The position numbers were made by a program, and so were the translations under genes. Of a stretch of 64,000 nt of DNA, positions 60,052 through 64,000 are shown piece after piece. A model generated the notes under the pieces. It did no database searches, was not told the DNA's origin, and saw nothing but the letters and a program-made list of their open reading frames with translations. The DNA lies in the sequence record NC_023557.1; one strand, given 5' to 3'. Position 1 is the first letter of the stretch; the number at the start of each line of letters is the position of its first letter.

Positions 60052-60681
60052 ATGTACAATGAAAAGTTGGTAATTGTGCCAGCGCCAATCCTTCGGGCTA
60101 TTCACAATGCAAAAGAAAGTGAAGCAATTTTAACGTGTCCGAAAAGAATGCTTTCCATATTATCCAGACGTGATGTCATTTTCTACTACGTGGTGAATAC
60201 TCTTCTTTGTGACTATTCCTATAAAGCAGACCCAGCCAACCCAGAACCACCATTGGTGTCGGCGCTGCGGGATCTGTTGTCACACACTAACGGCGTAATG
60301 AATGCCTTTACCTCGCCGGCGTGGGTTGCGTTTGTTGATGAGAACGACGCCGATATCCAAAGTGAGCGTCGACTGAAAGCGCGTAGTATCTATGAGTACC
60401 TGACTGGTGAACCGTATGCATGGAATTCAACAGAAGGTGACGATTCTTTAAGCTATATCTATGACACCCAGGCGAAAGTCGTGGGAGGTGAAGCCGTTGC
60501 AGTGTTGATTAATGCTGTGAAGGAGAACGATAGTTACAATATCATCAGTCATCAACGTTTATTCGAACAAACCATTCTGGCGTTCACTACACTGACAGCA
60601 GACACCAAAAGCTTTGCTTCCCTTTATAAAGGCTTTTGTGAACTGGTTTACCAAGACTCGCTAATCCGACGTTTTGCGTAA
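60052..60681 (+). CDS. Conserved protein preceding the capsid gene (phiKZ gp119-like by synteny)
   Basis: TAAGG RBS; lies between DnaB and MCP. Confidence 0.7.
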   Translation: MYNEKLVIVPAPILRAIHNAKESEAILTCPKRMLSILSRRDVIFYYVVNTLLCDYSYKADPANPEPPLVSALRDLLSHTNGVMNAFTSPAWVAFVDENDADIQSERRLKARSIYEYLTGEPYAWNSTEGDDSLSYIYDTQAKVVGGEAVAVLINAVKENDSYNIISHQRLFEQTILAFTTLTADTKSFASLYKGFCELVYQDSLIRRFA

Positions 60682-60823
60682 GAATCTATGTAATAGTATG
60701 TAAATTGCCATTTCGATGGCGGCGTACTGTTATGACCGTGTGTTAGCGCGACACAACCCCCTGTTTATGTACATAGACAGGTAATATCGAAAACTTATAT
60801 AAGTTATTGAAGGAAACAACGAA

Positions 60824-63091
60824 ATGGCATTGAAACTTCTGCATGTAGCTAAAACCGCCGACATGCTGTCACGCATCCAATCTCAGATCAATGGCGGCCA
60901 TGCATCAGGCGACGCTACCGCGGTTAAAAGCTACGGTATGGAGTCGCTTGACGGCAACACTCTGGGCGCGCAGGAAACCGCCATCAAAAATGGTATCTCT
61001 GTCATTACCGACGTGATCGCTCAGGGCACTGCATCTCAGGGCCAGAGCTACGCCGGTAACGGTCTGGAAGGTTTCTCTGATGCACAGATCCAAGCGGCAT
61101 CAATCGCACTGACTATCGGTGGTGACTTCCAGGGTTACATCGGTGCACTGAAAAACAACTCTAACCGTGCCATGTCTGCATCTGACCTGAGCCTGGTTTC
61201 CGGTAGCCGTTACGGCTCTGCTAACATGAAGCAGGGTTACGGTACCGAAGCTTTCGAACAGGCGCAGAGCTTTGTTCCTCAGCAGAACGCAACGGTTGAA
61301 TACAACCTGAAAGCGGCTAAGCAGGATGCCGTTGGTGAAGCCTTCTTCCCAACTACTACCCTGACGCCAAACGACATCGGCCTGAGCGTAACTGTGCCGG
61401 TTGACATCGTTGAACCTTTCATCAAGCACAAAGCAAATGGCGAAGTGACGGATTGGCAGCGTAAGAAGCTCATCAACGCAATGCGTGACCCGACCATTCT
61501 GCGTAACGACGCGATCAAGCTGATTCCTTATCGTCCACTGGACGGCAGCAACGACGCACAGTTCGCAGTAGGCGTGCCGAAGTTCAACGAAATTCAGGGC
61601 GGCGAAGAAGTACCAACTGGTGCACTGAAGCCTGGTATCAAAATCGGTTTCATGGGTCTGTGCTCTACTCCGTCTCTGGTTCAGGCCGGCGCGCTGGAAG
61701 CATCTGATCAGATCGACACCGGTGCTCGTCTGCAGTACATCTGGATCGAAGTAGCTAACGCCTCTGGCACCAAAGAGCTGTTCAAGCTGCGTACTGATCA
61801 CCTGGATCGTTCTACTTTCCAGAAATCTCAGGAAGGCGATAAGTTCGAGACGTCTCTGGACTTCTCTAACATCACCATCGCGCTGAACGACCTGAACAAA
61901 ACCACCGACAACACCGATTCAGCTCTGCTGGCTCCGTTGGTGACTTCTGGTCAGCAAGCGATCCTGGCGCTGGATATCAAAGGCACCATGAACCACGAGA
62001 AAGGCAGCCTGGTAGTTAACTCGCTGACTAACCCGTCTATCATCCGTGTTTACGATACCGTGGCTAAAGAAGATGCGAACACCAAGTCTGGTGCTCTGCG
62101 TGACGCAATCGACGCTCTGACGATCACCTTCAAAGGTTACTTCGTCCGCGCTAACCTGCGTAACAGCAACTTCCGTACCCGCGAGCAGCGTGTTGACCGC
62201 CAGACTTCCGTGTACAAGTACATGGTACAGCTGGGCGCACCAATCACTGCTATCGCTCCAGTAACTGACGCATGGGGCCCGAAAGAGTCTATCGCAGTTG
62301 AAACCCTGAGCAACGCAACGTATGCACGTAACTCCGCAATGGCTATCAGCCGTCTGCTGGACTACGTTGAAACCATCCGTGATGCAGGCGTGACCAACAA
62401 CGGTCTGTGGCAGCGTTACGATGAGAACAGCATCGAAGGCGTTGGTAAAGCTGTAGTTGATCCATGGTACGGCGAAGGTAGCTTTGACATCTCTAAAGTT
62501 GTCAACGGTGTTAAATCTTCTCAGACCCGCGACGACGTTTCTGAAAAGATCCTGAACATCCTGCGTACCTACGCATACCGCATGAACGCCGAGTCTGGCT
62601 ACAACGTTGCACTGCAGATGCTGTACAACGAAGTTCAGCCAACGCTGGTTATCGCAACCGACAACATCATCGCGCAGTACCTGATGGAAGTTGGTGACCT
62701 CCGCACAGCTGGTATCAGCTTCAAAGTGCACGTGGCCACCACCAACAACATCGAGATGCGCGGCAAGATCATCATGACCCTGTCTCGTATGAAGTCAGGC
62801 GGTCTGGATCTGCTGACGTTCGGTATGCACCTGTGGGTGCCTGAGATCGTAGCAACTGTTAACGTAATGCGTAACGGTACCTACATCGAAGAAACCATGG
62901 TGCAGCCGCGTAACCTGCACGTAGTGGTTTGCCCAATCGTGGCGAACATCACCATCACCGGTCTGGAAGATGCGTACACCGGCAAGATCACCGTCCCAGT
63001 TGACGTTGTGAGCATGCCTGAGTCTGCTGGCGCCCAAGACCTGGGTGGTCTGAACACTACTCCGGCAACTACTACCAACCCTGCTGCGTAA
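60824..63091 (+). CDS. Major capsid protein
   Basis: 755 aa; GME40, GLE82, GTE142 maturation sites; strongly biased codons; GEAFFPT and QPRNLHV motifs; phiKZ gp120 synteny. Confidence 0.9.
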   Translation: MALKLLHVAKTADMLSRIQSQINGGHASGDATAVKSYGMESLDGNTLGAQETAIKNGISVITDVIAQGTASQGQSYAGNGLEGFSDAQIQAASIALTIGGDFQGYIGALKNNSNRAMSASDLSLVSGSRYGSANMKQGYGTEAFEQAQSFVPQQNATVEYNLKAAKQDAVGEAFFPTTTLTPNDIGLSVTVPVDIVEPFIKHKANGEVTDWQRKKLINAMRDPTILRNDAIKLIPYRPLDGSNDAQFAVGVPKFNEIQGGEEVPTGALKPGIKIGFMGLCSTPSLVQAGALEASDQIDTGARLQYIWIEVANASGTKELFKLRTDHLDRSTFQKSQEGDKFETSLDFSNITIALNDLNKTTDNTDSALLAPLVTSGQQAILALDIKGTMNHEKGSLVVNSLTNPSIIRVYDTVAKEDANTKSGALRDAIDALTITFKGYFVRANLRNSNFRTREQRVDRQTSVYKYMVQLGAPITAIAPVTDAWGPKESIAVETLSNATYARNSAMAISRLLDYVETIRDAGVTNNGLWQRYDENSIEGVGKAVVDPWYGEGSFDISKVVNGVKSSQTRDDVSEKILNILRTYAYRMNAESGYNVALQMLYNEVQPTLVIATDNIIAQYLMEVGDLRTAGISFKVHVATTNNIEMRGKIIMTLSRMKSGGLDLLTFGMHLWVPEIVATVNVMRNGTYIEETMVQPRNLHVVVCPIVANITITGLEDAYTGKITVPVDVVSMPESAGAQDLGGLNTTPATTTNPAA

Positions 63092-63118
63092 GCACCAGGC
63101 GCGAGAGTAATCCGTAGC

Positions 63119-63158
63119 GCATAAACAGAGGAGGAGCATTGCTCCTCCTCTTATGCCG
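63119..63158 (+). terminator. GCATAA-hairpin-TTATGCCG after the capsid gene
   Basis: 11-bp stem AGAGGAGGAGC/GCTCCTCCTCT. Confidence 0.8.
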
Positions 63159-63196
63159 TGTGATTTTATAGAGGCACACACCAGGGGCGGATAGTA

Positions 63197-63910
63197 ATGC
63201 TTGAATTACTAATGATAGGAAGGAAGAAAGCAACAGGGGGTGGGATACCTGCAGATCTTGGACCAGGACCTGCCTCCATGCTTGGGTATTACGAACGACC
63301 GGATGGCGGTAACTCGGGGTACTTCGGTACCTTTACTAATTTTGTTTCAACAGCTGGGTTATGTCAATCTATCGGGTTAACTGCAGGCTATCAGCAAACT
63401 GAGAATGCCACTTGGCATAAGTTTCTGTTAGATGGTAAGATCCTCTTTATACCAACCAACTATATCGTGCGTAACCTCCATTGGAACTACATTTATAATG
63501 CCGGGGCAGTATATGGGGATGACAGTTTTGGTCTTTATCAAAGCCCAACGCCAACAGCACAGAGTGCCAAGCATGTGACGGTGGATGGTCGGGTTTATCG
63601 CGTGCGGTTAGTATCTATCTCAAATGGTGATCCGGCTCTGACAGGCCAAATCGATAAAACCACCGAATGGGGTCGGTTGATGTATCCGATTGATCCAACG
63701 GTAGATGCTAGTAATACTGAAGCGGGTAAGAAATGGGGTAACGTGGGACTGCTTTTGAGTTCAACGCAGATTCTGGCAAAGGAGACCTACGCCAGCACAC
63801 CTGCTAGTAGCCTGGTTGTGGTTACGAATTCTACGACACGCTCCGCTCAATCTAAATCAACCGCACCCAGTAACTGTACCTGGCGTCCTATTCTTGAACT
63901 TGTGCAGTAA
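63197..63910 (+). CDS. phiKZ-like paralogous virion (tail-associated) family protein
   Basis: GPGP..L..GYFG, WHKFLLDGKILFIP, YRVRL, EWGRLMY and WRPILELV family motifs. Confidence 0.75.
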   Translation: MLELLMIGRKKATGGGIPADLGPGPASMLGYYERPDGGNSGYFGTFTNFVSTAGLCQSIGLTAGYQQTENATWHKFLLDGKILFIPTNYIVRNLHWNYIYNAGAVYGDDSFGLYQSPTPTAQSAKHVTVDGRVYRVRLVSISNGDPALTGQIDKTTEWGRLMYPIDPTVDASNTEAGKKWGNVGLLLSSTQILAKETYASTPASSLVVVTNSTTRSAQSKSTAPSNCTWRPILELVQ

Positions 63911-63915
63911 GCTCT

Positions 63916-63946
63916 AAGAGGAAGGCTCCGGCCTCCTCTTATGCCG
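63916..63946 (+). terminator. Hairpin plus TTATGCCG
   Basis: AAGAGGAAGGC/GCCTCCTCTT stem. Confidence 0.7.
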
Positions 63947-63961
63947 ATCTGAAAGAATTAC

Positions 63962-63974
63962 AGACCTACATTAC
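63962..63974 (+). promoter_or_regulatory. Candidate phage promoter AGACCTACATTAC
   Basis: Third near-identical intergenic copy, right after a terminator. Confidence 0.5.
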
Positions 63975-64000
63975 TAACTAGATGTAACAGCGACGCTAGT

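Noticed and set aside
61100-62731. Long antisense ORFs (233 and 270 aa) opposite the capsid gene
   Set aside because: Expected from strong codon bias suppressing antisense stops; no RBS or recognisable motifs.

Overview
64-kb segment of a phiKZ-like jumbo myophage (Chimalliviridae-type). It spans the conserved block from an SF2 helicase (partial, left edge) through a split RNA polymerase beta-prime subunit, the exonuclease/motif-A half of a split family-B DNA polymerase, head/inner-body paralogs with G-x-E protease sites, baseplate/neck proteins, a collagen-like fibre cassette, thymidylate kinase, DnaB helicase and the major capsid protein. Accessory islands lie at about 0.7-8.5 kb, 13.8-22.8 kb and 54-58 kb. 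Gene order and gene count match my recollection of Erwinia phage RAY/Agricanvirus numbering (helicase gp250, beta-prime gp270, Tmk gp311, DnaB gp315, capsid gp317); this is recall and needs a BLAST. No tRNA, rRNA, CRISPR, intron or intein was seen. Top leads: (1) a U-UUU-UUU -1 frameshift site that would fuse a 539-aa CxxC protein to a start-less downstream ORF, resembling tail-assembly-chaperone G/GT recoding; (2) about 14 gene-end hairpins followed by a conserved TTATGCCG-type motif, usually in place of a U-tract; (3) a DUF2829/Tad2-like signal-sponge gene inside an island that also holds a four-gene paralog array and two degenerate GIY-YIG-like paralogs; (4) a small fibre repeat module reused at the N-terminus of a large acidic disordered protein. 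All family calls come from motif recognition by eye, not from database searches.
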